Shown here: in pieces, positions 30,701 to 45,700 of the stretch
Layout of the letters: every line of letters starts with the position of its first letter
Position numbering within the stretch: position 1 is the first letter of the stretch
Assembly (NCBI RefSeq): GCF_964355755.1
Contig: NC_092676.1
Location: 20,478,871-20,542,870, forward strand
From: Antedon mediterranea
Taxonomy: Eukaryota; Animalia; Echinodermata
DNA length: 64,000 nt
Direction of reading: 5' to 3'
The notes under the pieces: model-generated
The model's input: the letters and a program-made list of their open reading frames with translations, nothing else
Databases searched by the model: none
What the model was told of the DNA's origin: nothing
Position numbers and translations under genes: made by a program

Positions 30701-33700
30701 GAACAGGTGTATGTGAAATAAATGTTTTAATTAAATAATATATAATCTGTTTATTAAACAACGCCGATTGTTTATGTACTTTATCGAGACAGTCATTCAG
30801 TGTTGTAATATCAATCACACTTGGTTTGTAAATTGTTATTTGAGTGAGTGTTATGTGAAACATGACTGTTAAAACTTTTCTTAAGATTGGTTGGTTTTTG
30901 TGTGGACACATTTCTCTGGCAGAAAAAAAAATGTCTTGAAAAGAATGGTATTCAAAACCATATTCTCTGCTTAATAGAAACAGACCCTTAATTTTCTTTT
31001 TTTTTCTTTTTTTTTATAAAAATAAATTATTTAGGATACTTTGTATTAAAAACCTTTTTTGTGCTTTGTTTTTATTATTTTAATTCAAAAACACTTTTTA
31101 ACAATTTGTCATTACCTTTTAAAATAATTTTAGTAAGTGGAGCCCTTTTAATTTTGTGATTTACAAAATGCTACAAATACTGTAGAACCTTATTAAGGAA
31201 ACACCTTCAGGACCAAACAAAACTCTTTTTATGGATATCCCCCAACCCCCAAATAGGGATATCCCCTAACCCCAAAATAGGGATAACCCCAAAATAGGGA
31301 TAACCCCAAAATAGGGATATCCCCTCAATAGAAGTTTCCCTAAAAATTGGCTTCCCTTCGATTCTATGTTATTACTTTGTTGGATACAAAGAAGTAACAA
31401 TTTAAAAATGGTATAAACACCCAAACCATTTCAACACCCATAATATATTTATGTAACATCAAGATTAATAGTCCAAACATCTGCTTGTCATTGCCAACTC
31501 ATAATCCATGCATTTTTAAAATTTATTAACATTCTGTGTCAAAACTATCATTATATATTTATATACATTTATATTTAAAATGATTGAAGCATATCATACG
31601 GTAACATAATTAATATTTTGTCTAAATTTTCTAAAGAGCATCCAGTGGAAAAAGAGAATCAAGAGATACAAAGGTAAAAATTATTTATTGGTTCATGTAA
31701 CACTTCAGTTAAAAATGAATGATATTAGCATTCCAAACATTCTTTTGTATTGTGATTCTAAACGTCTGTCTATGCTACAAAACTAGTTTGACAAAAAAGT
31801 GTGATGTCCCCAACGTTAGTGGTATGATGTCATTGTGTCCATATATGGGCACATCACAATTTTTTGTCACATAAAGTTTGATAGTGTAGATAGAGCTTAA
31901 GTTTAGTCACATTGCTGCTGGTTACCTAGGCTTTAGGATATTCCTAGGAATATTTTGTTTGATATTATGTTGCCCTTGTAGACAGACCCCTGTTAGGACA
32001 TCAGGCAAGTTCTTGCCCCACCACTGGGCTGCAAAGGAAATGCTACACAAACTGTATTGTTTTATAAACATAATTTTTCCTTTAATTTTCTAAAAAAGTA
32101 CGATTTACGACAGATAATTAGTGTGTTACAGATTAACAGATGGGAAAGGTCTAATGATTTAGTAGACCTATACCTGGTCTATTAGTAAGTGTAGTGATTT
32201 TATAGAAACTATTCTAGACTTTATCTATATCTACTGTTACCTATAACATTATTCACTTCTTATTTGTATTAGAAGTTCGGTTCATGATTTAAGATCTCCA
32301 GTGCATAGACAAGACCTTCATTATAGTGATGAATCGTACAGCTCTCAAGAACAGCTTGGAAGAAATCGCGAAGCATCAAAGAGACAGCCAACCAGGCACT
32401 CAGACTCTTACAGACATCAAAGCCCATCCAAAGACTCTCATAAATTTCCAGATTCTTTCAGAGTAGACCGTAGACAACCTGATAACTACCAACGTGGATC
32501 TGATCCAGATAGGAGATCAGCAACTCTTCAATATTCAAGAGAGTCACTACGAACTGACAATTCAATGCCACACCGGCAGGAGAATAGACAATACTCTTCT
32601 AGAGAATCTCTTCCGTTGTCGCATCTTTCATCCCCGAGTAATGCAGAGATCCTGCCAAACTATAAGAGGACAAGCAACCATCGACAGGATGATAGTGACT
32701 CGCAGAACAGTCGAGATTCACAGAGACGTGATGGAATAGGCTCGAGGCAGAGTTACCATAGCGACAGTGGAAACAGATCATTGAGGACAAGCCCACCGAA
32801 TAAAGACTACGTTGATAGAGGACACAATCTAAAGAAGAGACCAGATAATCTAAAGTTTGATTTTAAACATAACAATAATTATCAAATACAACAGGTGAGA
32901 AGGTGAACAATTAATTATTAGAAATTTACCTCTGTCCTTTTAAATTAAAAATTTTTCCAAAACTTTTCTACTTAACATAAATTCTTTTATTTGTTATTAA
33001 AAAAAATCTTTCCATAAAATGATACAATGAGCCGCAATTCAGTTATAACAATAATTACTGTAGCCATTACTAGAAACGAAGCCTTGTCTCATGAGGGCCC
33101 TGAAATTGATTTCTAGGTAATCTTTTTTAGAATGGCCTGTCTTCGCCAGAACAAAGGTCAGCTCTTCAGAGTCCCTGGGTTCAGGATCCACCTTTGCTAA
33201 AAGAAGAACAAAGACCAACTATCAATAGTCCAGTGACTTACAACCCACCAAGACCAGAGAATGATTCACAACCACTGAGAGATGGACAGCTTGAATTTAA
33301 AAGCAAGGTTTGTGACTACATTTTCTTGGTGGTTGTTACTTAATTACACAAGATTAAGACATTTTGCAATAAAAAACAAAAATGCCATCATTATTTTTTG
33401 TTTTAGAGTGAGTACCCTGAACAGCGTTCCTATTTGCAGAGTCCAATGGTACAGTCTAATGTGCAGCCAAGCTTGACAAGTGAACAACGGTCAGCCATTA
33501 ACAGTCCTGTAGTTTATGATGGTGATGCGCCACAATGGCCTTCTCAGAGCATGATTGACCATCGAAAAATGAACGATATAAAGTATAGGTAAATGTCTTT
33601 ATGCTAATGCCTTTATGATTCCTAGAATAGGAAAGATATTTACATAAAAATATTTATATTTATATGTATTATATTTATAACATTTTTCTATATTTGTAGT

Positions 33701-36700
33701 GAGAGAATTACACCGAAGAAAACAAGCTCACAACACATGGCTCCAAATCTCTCCAGGAGCAGTACATTAGAATCAAAGAGACCTCCTTCTCAGAGCAGGC
33801 CTTCTAGCAGAAGTGGTTACATAGATGAAACAGACATCGCACCAACACGTAATGATTTACTCTTGACCAGCCCACCATTTGATAGAAGTGTAGAGGATGT
33901 TCGTAATGCCTACAAAACTGAAGAGAATCTTTCAAGACAGTCATCTCGAGCTGGTGATCACTGGGAGAGGGATAGATCCGCAGCACCCTATTACAAATCT
34001 CAAAACGGCAGTCGAAATTCAAGAGATAGCACACCAACGAATATTAGACATATACGAAAGTCTTCAGGTTATGATTCTTATGGAGAAGATTCAAAAGTGG
34101 AAGGAAGGAACAGAAGTGGATACTCTCCTGGAAATCGCGACCGCGCATACCATCAAAGGACACAAGATTATGTTCCTCATAGCCAGATGTCATCCAGGCA
34201 GTTGTATCGAGCACCAAGTCACGAAGCATCAATTAGAAGTGGTCAACTACCAGCTGATCGACACAGAGATTATATTCCACATGATAATGTCAGAAAGCAA
34301 AGGAAAGCTGATAACCAACGCTTTGACGATGACATAAGGTTTGTAAAAAAACTATCCTTTTATTTTCATGTAATTTTGAGTTTATTATTTATTGCTCTCA
34401 TTCGTTGCATCAAAAACGATAATACTATCACTTATGAATGGCATAACACAAAATAATTATAAGTACCTTAAATCATCCTGGGCATCATGTCTGGGTATAA
34501 TAAAAACTTGTGTGTATTTGTGTCTGTCTGTACTCTCACACAGAACAAAACAGATTTACATTACATTTCGAAAAGGTTTTTTGAGGTTTTATTTATGGTA
34601 GTTCTTATTTTTATTTATAGTAGTGACTCTTCAAGTCAACAACCTGAAAGACGTAGGCCTCAACAAGAAAACAAAATTACACCCAGCAAACAAAACTACA
34701 CGCAATCCTCCCCCAGCAAACGACGCCCGGATTCAATGATCCGAGCAATGGAAGAGAAAGGTAGACAAAGCCGATCCTCTTCCAGACGAACAACTCAAGA
34801 GATATTTGAGAGTGAAGGAGCAGACCAGTTTCCTGCCATGGAAGATAAGGTACTAAGAAAATAATAAATATTAGAAAATTCAACCTTGTTGAAAGTACAT
34901 GCACCCATGAAGCCTGCCATCTTGATTTGAAAGTACAAACCCTAAACCAACCGGGTTACACACTGAGCCACCGGGTAACACACTGAGCCACCGGGTAACA
35001 CACTGAGCCACCGGGTAACACACTGAGCCACCGGGTAACACACTGAGCCACCGGGTAACACACTGAGCCACCGGGTAACACACTGAGCCACCGGGTAACA
35101 CACTGAGCCACCGGGTAACACACTGAGCCACCGGGTAACACACTGAGCCACCGGGTAACACACTGAGCCACCGGGTAACACACTGAGCCACCGGGTAACA
35201 CACTGAGCCACCGGGTAACACACTGAGCCACCGGGTAACACACTGAGCCACCGGGTAACACACTGAGCCACCGGGTAACACACTGAGCCACCGGGTAACA
35301 CACTGAGCCACCGGGTAACACACTGAGCCACCGGGTAACACACTGAGCCACCGGGTAACACACTGAGCCACCGGGTAACACACTGAGCCACCGGGTAACA
35401 CACTGAGCCACCGGGTAACACACTGAGCCACCGGGTAACACACTGAGCCACCGGGTAACACACTGAGCCACCGGGTAACACACTGAGCCACCGGGTAACA
35501 CACTGAGCCACCGGGTTACACACTGAGCCACCGGGTAACACACTGAGCCACCGGGTAACACACTGAGCCACCGGGTAACACACTGAGCCACCGGGTAACA
35601 CACTGAGCCACCGGGTAACACACTGAGCCACCGGGTAACACACTGAGCCACCGGGTTACACACTGAGCCACTATAGTGGACAGACATAATGTCACCGTAG
35701 TTGGCTGCCGATGACATGATGTGACCCTTAGGGGAGAAGAATGTTAAAAAGGTGTAACATCCACAGCGCTCTGATCTTCATGTTGAAATAAATGTCGCAT
35801 TATATATATTTATATATTATTTTCCTCTATTTCTTTCTAAAATTGATTTGTATTTTAAAAGAAGTAAAGACAAATATATATTGTAAATCTTGCCTTCAAA
35901 TTATCAGCTGATTTGTCCTTTGAATTAAGACTTGGTTAAACAATGCCCAGTGGATTTGTTTAATGATTTGCTTTAATTCATTTTGCTTGGTAGACTGAAC
36001 CAAGAACCACCAATCGGTTTCGTAAGTGGCAACAGAAACTTCAACCATACATCATTCTGAACACTGGTACTCGTGTTAGACTCAGCATTTCTGCAGATGA
36101 TTTACTTGGTAAACCGGTAAGTAATATTCTGCAATCTTCCTATGCTATTAGATTCTTTATTTTATTTTTGTTATATTATATTTATTATTAAGGGCGACGT
36201 CTGTCAATTAGTCTTACATTCATCTGAATGATGGAGGAATCTAAGCCAGGACTGTTTTAAAGCACCTTTGGCTGGTCCTACCATTGACCAAGGGCTTCTC
36301 TCGTCCATAAAAGTCAGTAGTGCTGATTTTAAATGCCTAATGAGACCCCAGCTTCATATACAGTACAGTGGAGTAGCTTACTGCAAGGCATTTGCAAGTG
36401 AACAGTTAGAATGTCATAAAAAGGTATCCCATATTCTTACAAATATTTTATGAAACCAGATGAATTTATTAATGTACTGTTGTATTCACAGCATGAGGAA
36501 TTGGTGCTGTTGTTGATTCAGCTGAGACGAGATCAAGCTAACCTACGTACGATGAACCAGATGATTCGAACCGAGATGACTAAATTAACAGATCCAGATC
36601 TTCCAGAAGATAGTCCTACCAAAGCAAGAGCCAGGTAAACTCTTCAATTATTGTGTTTTTTTTAAATCAAAATAAAGATGCATAAATGTGCTTGGAATGT

Positions 36701-39700
36701 AGAATTTTAGGTTAGAAGACAATGAGAACGACCAAAATTGAAGAAAGAAAATTTAAGAAGCAGCAATAATAAAATTAAATTTTTATAATTCTTTATTTTT
36801 ATCTTCTTGCTCTTTTTTTTGTAGACGCCATTCCTTGAAAAATCCGAGCCAAGATTTTACAGAAGAAGAGATGTACCTGCTAGAATTAAACCAACAGAAA
36901 GAGGAAGTAGAGAATGAGATAGAAATCAGTGGTCCATTGGTGAGCCTTGTGGACAACCTAGTAAGGATGGGCAGTCTGTATGGTGGACAAAATGAAATGC
37001 TGGCACAGCAGTATTATAGAGTAAGTATAATATGAGACCTCACAGGTTTTAGAGAAAAGTAAAAGAATCGAAAACTTTTGAGAACAGAATGAGAACCGCC
37101 AATGTTGATGAATGATGTATACTATGAGGTAGGCAAATAATTTCCTGTGAGAAGTGGAATTTACCAAGTTTATTTTAGGGTGAATTGATAAGTGTAAAGG
37201 CACTACCTATTGGCATAGGTTACTAAATAGAAAAACTATTTCTGCATTTTAAAGGATGAAGTAAAGAAAGGAATGAGTTTTAAACCACCAAAGAAGCTGA
37301 TTGAGTTCTCAAGGTCATTCCAAGAACAACGATTGACAAAAGATCTGGAGAAGGAACTTGATGAACTGGAAACGGTAGAAGACAGAGAGTTGGAAGACAA
37401 ACTTAGTCACCTTCATTTCTTAGATACTAGATTACAAGAGATTTCTGTTCATGTTACTGATCTAAAAGAAGATAAGGTATAGTGAAAATTGAAATTGATA
37501 TAATTATATAATTTATATTAGGTTTCTATCCTTCTTGCTGAACTTCCAAAGACTTATAATGTACCATGTCTGTTTGTAAGTAATTGTATTAAGCCAGAAT
37601 TGTGGAAGGTGCATTTAACTTGTAACCATTTACCTTGTTAGAAATCTGAACTTCAGTTTATCTAAATCATTAAAACAAATCTCTTATTTTTTTCAGGATA
37701 AAATTGAACGCGCTCTTGGATCACTCAGTCGTCAAAGCAGGAGCCATTGGGATGATCCTGAAGCTATGGAGAGAATCAATGAACAACAGTATAGATTGGA
37801 ACGAGATTTGGTAAAAGTTAGAGAAGAGCTTGCTTACAGAACCAAGGTAAAGTTTTCTTAAGTTACTATGTCGAATGTTTAATTTAAAACATGAGATTAT
37901 AGTAATGAATTAAAGGCTGCTATCAAAACTCGATTGAGAAAGTGTTGGTTTATTTCTATTCAATTATGTTGACATAGAACTGAAAGTTGAGTTGAACATG
38001 TTCTACTTATCTGGAACTTTAAAGAACTAGACACAACTGAAGCTTTTTGCCTGTAAATGTATCTTTAAACAATATCTTATCTCATTTTATATTTAACTTA
38101 AGTTACGATGCTGTGTTTTTATCATATAAATCTGTAATGTGTGTGTGTAATAATTTGTCTTATTTGTTTATGTATTGTCATGTTTTTATTGTTATTGTTA
38201 AAAACATGCATAATACTCCTTTGGCTTTTTCCCTCCATTTTTGCATTATTTTAATTATTTACTTTATCAAATAATCTTATACAATTTGGAAAATAAATTG
38301 AAATCTTGGTAATACTATGTGGACGTACATTTTTTTTATGTTAAGTTGACTCAACATAAGCCTGTACTTTTGAAGTTATTATAAATAGATTTTCTTTTTC
38401 AATATCTCTTTATTATTTTTTAATTTAAGTAAGTAAAAAATAAATCGTTAATCTTTATATAGGAGTTGGAATCAATTACTGCTGAAAACAATCGTATTGA
38501 GCATGAGGTAAAATTATTACGTTCAAAAATGGAAGATGCCAAAAAACGAGGCAGTCAATCTGAAGCTGACGAGATGAAAAAGACGAGAATGCAGATTGAG
38601 AAGGAGTTACAGCATGTTCAAGGAATGATAGCTGGCCTGGAAAACCAGAAGAATGCTCTAGCGAGCCAGATGGCCGGCATCAGAAACAACAAGAATGACC
38701 ATTGTGAGTACCTTATTAAATAATAGTCACTCTTATTAAATAATAGTCACTATCCCGAAACTGGACACGATTTGCGCTGGCCCAAACAAAGTTTTTATAA
38801 TGGCAATTTGTGTATGTCATCTATTTTACAGTATCTCTAAGTTCTTCCCGGACAAAGTTTGATGATTCCGAGAGCAACAGCAGTTACACAGTAACTGATC
38901 TGGATTCAATGCAGTCGTATGACATCACAGACGATGCACTGCAACCAAGTAGCAAACCACCTCCAGTTTTAGAAAGAAAAGAAAGCATTGGACGTGTTAA
39001 GGTATATTTTATTAATTTTTTTCTGAAAATATTTTTACTTATGAGCATGGTTGGTAGGAACAATCTTGAAGTAGAATTGAAGCATTGACCTCAATTTAAA
39101 TGATTATGAGTAAGTAAATGAGTAATTAAATATAAATAATGCAATGTTTGGCAACGTTATTCACGACATCATCTTAAACACTTCGGTGTCAATCAGGGAC
39201 TTAAAGTTGGAAAGCTCTCGAAAAAATCCGTAAAAGCAGCAGCTGATATAAAATAAAAAATGTATTTATTATTGTGTTGTTATTTTCTTAACATATAAAA
39301 ATAAATCTACTGCATATAAATATATAAAGAATGTCTAATATGGGAAATTAAATTTAACTTAGGAGCTCAAAATGCGGCAAATGACATCAAGAGAAGACCC
39401 AATCCAGCAAAGGCACTCCACACCAGTTTTATCGAGCCAAGTGCATGAACTATCACCAGCCTTCACTCCACTAAGGATTGAGACCAATCAAAATAACTTG
39501 CACCCCTACAACACTGTCAATGGCACACCTTCGTCGCTCCTCACAACCTCAAACACATCATCTGGAAGTCCAGCAGCGAAAGATAAAAAACAGACGGTTC
39601 GAATGCGAAAGAGAGAGTCTGAAAGAAAAAAGGATTCTGATGTACGAAAGAAACGGTCCAGCTCAGCTTCTGGTAGACGTTCAGGAACATTTGATATCAG

Positions 39701-42700
39701 ATGTAAGTTGCTATTCTCTTTATTTCTGATTGTTGATTAACAAAATTAACTTAAGTTTAAATCTTTTTACTTTTTTATTAACTCATAGACACAAATAATG
39801 CACTAGCAGATTCAGGTTTGCGGTACACCATGTGTTCCAAAAGCAAATATGGTAGTAATATGCCCAAATATGATAGTGATATCACATCATCATGTTCATA
39901 TATGGGCACATCACATTTTTTTTTGTCACATAAAGCGTTATAGTGTAAGTATGGTTGTGAATGTCTCAACGTTTTTGTTGTTATGCTACAACCGTCCTTT
40001 GGAGAATGCTGCCAACCTTTAAACAATACACAATGCAATTACAAATTTTATGCTATTTTGCTATGAAAACATTTTATTTATTTTTAGATGACTATAAACC
40101 AAAAACCAGAACTGAACCGCAGGGTCTACGTAGAACTGCATCCATGCCGGACCGCAAGAGTCTTATGGGAGAGCACATTGTGCCAACCAAACAGTACACA
40201 GAGGTAGAATCATAAATTCTCATTACTTAGTGCAGTTGCAAACAAGAAAGATTGTTGTTCAGTCCACCAAAAGTCAAATACAAATATTGATATGTTGACT
40301 CTCCTTTTTTTTTTCATAGGGAACTGATTGTGGTATTGTTTCCGATTCAGAGCTGGAACCGAAACATGTAAGTATTTTTCTTTGTCCCAATGTATTCAGG
40401 TGATTAAGAAACTTCCAAATACCCCTCAAATGTGCAGAAGCTCCAATACATACATACATGGTTGCTTCATCTTGTTTGTAATTTACAAACTTGAGATTTT
40501 TATTGCAATGACTGAAACAAAACAAAATAAATGATTTTTTTTGTTTCAAAGATATTTTAAATTTAAAATGTTCTATTTTATTATACATATATTTTAAATT
40601 AGAGTCAATTTACAAATCAGAATATATTTCAAATATGCGTGTATACATAAATTAAACTTCACATCTACAAATAGAAGTTAAATAAATGCCATGAGTGCCA
40701 CAATTTCAAGGGAATTAAATATGAAAATGCGTATAGTTTTAATTTTATTTTTTATGTTAATGGGTGTGACCTTGTTGACCTTATTTCAATGTAGTTTTCA
40801 CAAGACTTGGATTTACGCGACTTTCAGCGTGCCATGATCACTGCTGACGACGAAGAGGTCGCTCTTCAACGTAGCTCTAGTGAGCACGTTTTAAACAGTG
40901 TCAGTACGGAAGAAATGCGTAATAATGATGAATCGAGTGGGTCGTTGGTGAGTCCACTGGTTCCAGCTTGCTGTACTGAATTTCATCACTATATAATATG
41001 TAGTTAGCACTCTTTTGTCCACTATCCACAGTACATGGTTTTTTAATGCTTTATTTCTGCTTGAATTATTTTTCACCTACCTTTTTAGCTGTACAATTGT
41101 ATTTATTGATTGTTTGCAGTTTATCATTAGTGGTGTTAAATCTAGTTTTGTATGTCATTTATTGTGTCTTTTCATAGTATCATCACTCTCTGACATTGTT
41201 TGATATTGTACCACCCACTTTTACAATGGAATAACCCGATAAAAATATCTGGAGCCCACAACCGATCCATAGATTACAGTGAGCCTTCAATCAAGATCGT
41301 GCATTGTATGTGAATAGGCCAATAATACAGTAGAATTGTTAATCACATATTAACCATTTATACAGTAAAATTGCTTTTAGTAAACATGTTTTTGAGATAT
41401 ATTTTGTATTATTCAACTGCTTTCTATTTTATTTTTGTAACTGTTTTTCCTGCTTTATTCTTCTGCACTTTATTAGTTTGGTTACCATACACTGCCTCTT
41501 TGCTACATACAAGCCAAACGTCGATACGATACGAAGAAATACACCTCAAATTTTGAAACCATTCCTGAACAAGTGTCCTCACTGGTATCTTAGCATGCCC
41601 TCTGTAGTTTGCTGTAGTGTGTTTCATTGTCATTTACCTTATCATTTTTATACGCATGTAATTGTGTAGAGATTAGAGAATTTACCCTCTTCCTTAAAAT
41701 GTTACACTATGTATGTTTGTATAATTATGATTTCATATTTTGACAAATTATAACACGTTGACATGATTATGAACCAACTCTTCCTCGAATCAGTAGATGT
41801 CATTTTTCATACATAACCTTTAACTATGTAAATATGTCATCTTAGAGAACACACACTGTAACATTTCCATTATAACCTATGATTTTCCTAACCCAGTCAA
41901 CAAATTCCTTCCTACTACATCCAATGCTCATTTGCAGCTGGAAAATCTGGAATTCTTTTTAATAGTAAATAAGATTTTGGCACTATTTGGTCCAATTAGT
42001 CTGATTTTGGGATGGTTTTCAGAGAGTAGGTTTTGTGATTGTAGTAGGAAAGAACTCTTTGGAATACCAGATGTTTGGGCAAACTCAAATCTGTTAAAGT
42101 TGACTTTGACCTTACTAATTTATATTTCTATTTTTTAAATGTGCATGGTTGTATGTACAGTATTAAACAAATGTGGTAAAGCTCTATTGAGCTAATACAT
42201 GTGGCAAGCATTTGTTCAATATTTATATACAGTACAGTATTTTGTATATAAATAATGGATTGAATAACATATTAATTTACTTTTTTTTTTCGTTCATATT
42301 CAACATACAAATCCCTTTTGAGTCATGTTGAAATTAAAGGCTGTCTTTCGAAAAAATATTCCTTCACATTGCTCATTAAATTAATATAACCAGATTTTTT
42401 CTCTTTTGGGGGACCACACTTAAATTTCCTCACAATTTATTACTTATAAATACCTTGTATTATCATTTTGTGTGAATGAATGAACTTGAACATATTTATT
42501 AAAATTACTGATTGCATGTGATGATTGGGACAATTGTTAAAGTATTTAGACATAATGTAACAATATTCTCTTTGTGTTTAGTTGGGGCCGCCACCAAAGA
42601 TACTCATACCAGAACGATACAACCCACTATCTGATGATGGTTACGAGGAAATGACAGAGGAGGAGAAGATGAGACGATCAGAGAGAGCTGAAGGAATTAA

Positions 42701-45700
42701 GAAAATGTTAAGCTCACATAGGTAAGTATCATTAATTATATAAGAATAATATTGAGCTTAAAGCTCTGTCTACGCTATCAAACTAGTTTGACAAAAGTAT
42801 GATGTGCCCACATATGGTGGTAATATACCCAAATATGATAGTGATATGAAATCATCACATGGGCACATCACATTTTTTTTCACATAAAGTTTGATAGTGT
42901 AGACAGAGCTTAAGAGCTGAAAATATGTGAATTTGAGATAAATCATGTAAATGAAAAGTGAATTATGAATGATGACATTCATGAGGGATTTAGGGAGACT
43001 GACAATCGTGTCTGCAAAAATGTTTGTGCCATTTTAAGAGTCAGGCTTGGCATGTGAGTGTTCTCTTGTTTGGCAAGAGATGGCACCAGATGGTGGTAGT
43101 TTTACCAGTCTTAATGGTTGACAACAGAGATGACTTTTTTAAATAAGCTTTTTAAATCACATTTATGTGTGATAAAAAGAATGAATAATAGTTTTACCTT
43201 TATTGGTATCATTCTTAGTATAGACATTTGTTTCTCTTCCAGGTCTCAGTCTTTCTATACAAAATGGCTTCACACAACTCACTACTAGATAATGTAAATA
43301 CTAATCGGCATGTGCTTTGTATTGTAATGTCAAGATGCATGTTGTACTTGTCATGTTTTGTTCATTATTTGTATACTATTTGAGCTATGTTTGTGGCTTG
43401 TTTTGATTGCAAAAATGTATTTATTTTAAAGCCAAACTATTTTTTTTGTTGCAGCAAATTCAATTTTTTATTTAGCACCTTCCGAAAAAAAAGCATGGTT
43501 TCGCTTGGCAGATTGACTATTTTTGTTAAATATTATATTTTAGTATTTGAAATATCCATTAAAATCCCATTATTACATAAGCATATTTTCATTTTTACAT
43601 TACTTTTTTTTTTTTAATTCTTGGCCTATATATTTTATTTATTTTCATGCTGATCAAAATCATAGCTTTACCATAACTACAGTAGTGAACCTAGTTTAAA
43701 TTGGGCTCCCCTTATTTTAGATGTTTACTTCCTGTTTGTGGGTTGTTGTTTTAAGTGATGTGATTGTGCTTGGTATAGAGGTGGTGGACTTTTTCCTAGT
43801 CTCAATCCCGCCACTCAGTTTAAACCTCACACACCCATTATTACATTTTTACCTCCCTGGTAACTTGAAGGGTTAAGTGATGTGGTTGGGTAGAGAGGTG
43901 GTAAGATTTACCCAGTCTAAAGCTCTGTCTACACTATCAAATTTTATGCGACAAAAAAAAAAGTGATGTGCCCATGTAAACGATTATGTCATATCACTAC
44001 CACATTTGGGCACATCACACTTTTTTTGTCAAACTAGTTTGATAGTCTAGACAAGATTTAACTTAATGCTTCCACCCAGTTTAAATTGTTATGAACCCAA
44101 TCTTCATTTTTTCCTTCCCCTCCTTTCGGTTGTTGACCTACACTGTCCAATTTTATAAATACTCATAGTCAAAATATTATACATTTTTAGAATATATGTT
44201 TCTCAGCATTTATCAATATATATATATTTATTTGTAATAAAAATGATCTGTAATTAAAATAGGATTTTCACTATTTTAACGTTTTGTTTTCAGCTTTTTG
44301 TCAGCTTGTGTATATAAACAGATTATGTTGTATATTCCATACATTATACTTGCTTATTTATGTTGTTGTGTTAAAGCAAAGTGTGTTTTATAATCTTTGT
44401 TTATGAAATAAATTTTATTTTCTAAATTTATTTGATTTGTTACTACTTATTAAAGGCTATACTTCCAATTAAAGATCCTTCCACATTTTTTTGGTCACAC
44501 AAAATGTAAAATAATGTGATAGAATTGAGCATATTTATTTTATACACAAAAAAAGGGAATTGTGCATGAGTTAGTGATTATTTCAAATATTGATTTGTTG
44601 CGTATGGTTACATTAATGAAGTGATGTAATTATTGATTGATTGATCAATTGATTTATTGATTGATTGATCAATTGATTTATTGATTGATTGCTTAATTCA
44701 TTGATTGATATAGAGCTTTATATACTGTACATAGTTATCATATGCTGCTTTAAATGACATTTATTGATCTTTAAACCACAGTTTACAAGAGTGGCATCCC
44801 CGGGAATTGTAAGTAAAATTAGTGAGATATTAATATGGGTATTAGTTCTGGTGTTGAGTTTATTTATCCAGTAGTTTGGGGATGACAATTAACATGAACA
44901 TTAGGGAGCTCTCGATTTGCGATGACCAAACTATGTCATGTTAGTTCATTGTGCACATGTGGAAATATTGGGACATGTGTCGTCACTATAAGGTTTTATG
45001 GTTTCTAAGCCTAGACGACAACTGACGACACATAGATTGACCTGGCCTAGGTTGGTCGTCGGTCATCGCAAATCAAAAGCTCTCTATTCTACCATTACCC
45101 GTATAGCATTTAAAGGGTGTCTAGTTTCTTTTTCATATATAAATTAAAACATATTACATATTTTAATAACTTTGAAAATAATCTTGTTTGCCTATCAACT
45201 TTAGATTTAAATTTAATGACATGTTAATGAAAAGATATTTTATTTTTATTTTCATACAGAAAAAAAATAGATATTTTTTTTTATTATCATGCACAAAAAA
45301 ACATCTAGAAGTTGATAGACTAGCAAGTTGTTACTCATTTCATTTTAAACAATTGGCAATTAATTGGTTTTTTGCTGTAACTTTTTCTATTCTATGTAAC
45401 TGCTTTTATTTGCCATTCAACTTTTTAAATAGTACTTTCGTTCATGCTTCCTGCTTGATAGCATGCTTATTATACCATGTTTCTATCAGTGTGGTTGGGA
45501 TGGGAGTTAGTAGTTGGTTTGGTGATATGAAGGGAGTTGGGTTATAGGAGTTGTAGAAATAGGAAAGTAAGGTGAAGTGGAGGATTACAAAATTAAAATC
45601 TATGGGTTGTACTGACATGACAATTAATCTATCATTTTCATATAGTAACATATCTCTGAATCCTTTCTTTCTTTGCTCTTTTTATCCTTATTTCCTTTCA

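Noticed and set aside
34880-35717. Three long minus-strand ORFs (207-253 aa, CYPVAQCVTRWLSVLPGGSV repeats) and a CRISPR-like appearance
   Set aside because: They are translations of a stop-free 20-bp tandem repeat inside an intron; there are no unique spacers and no cas genes
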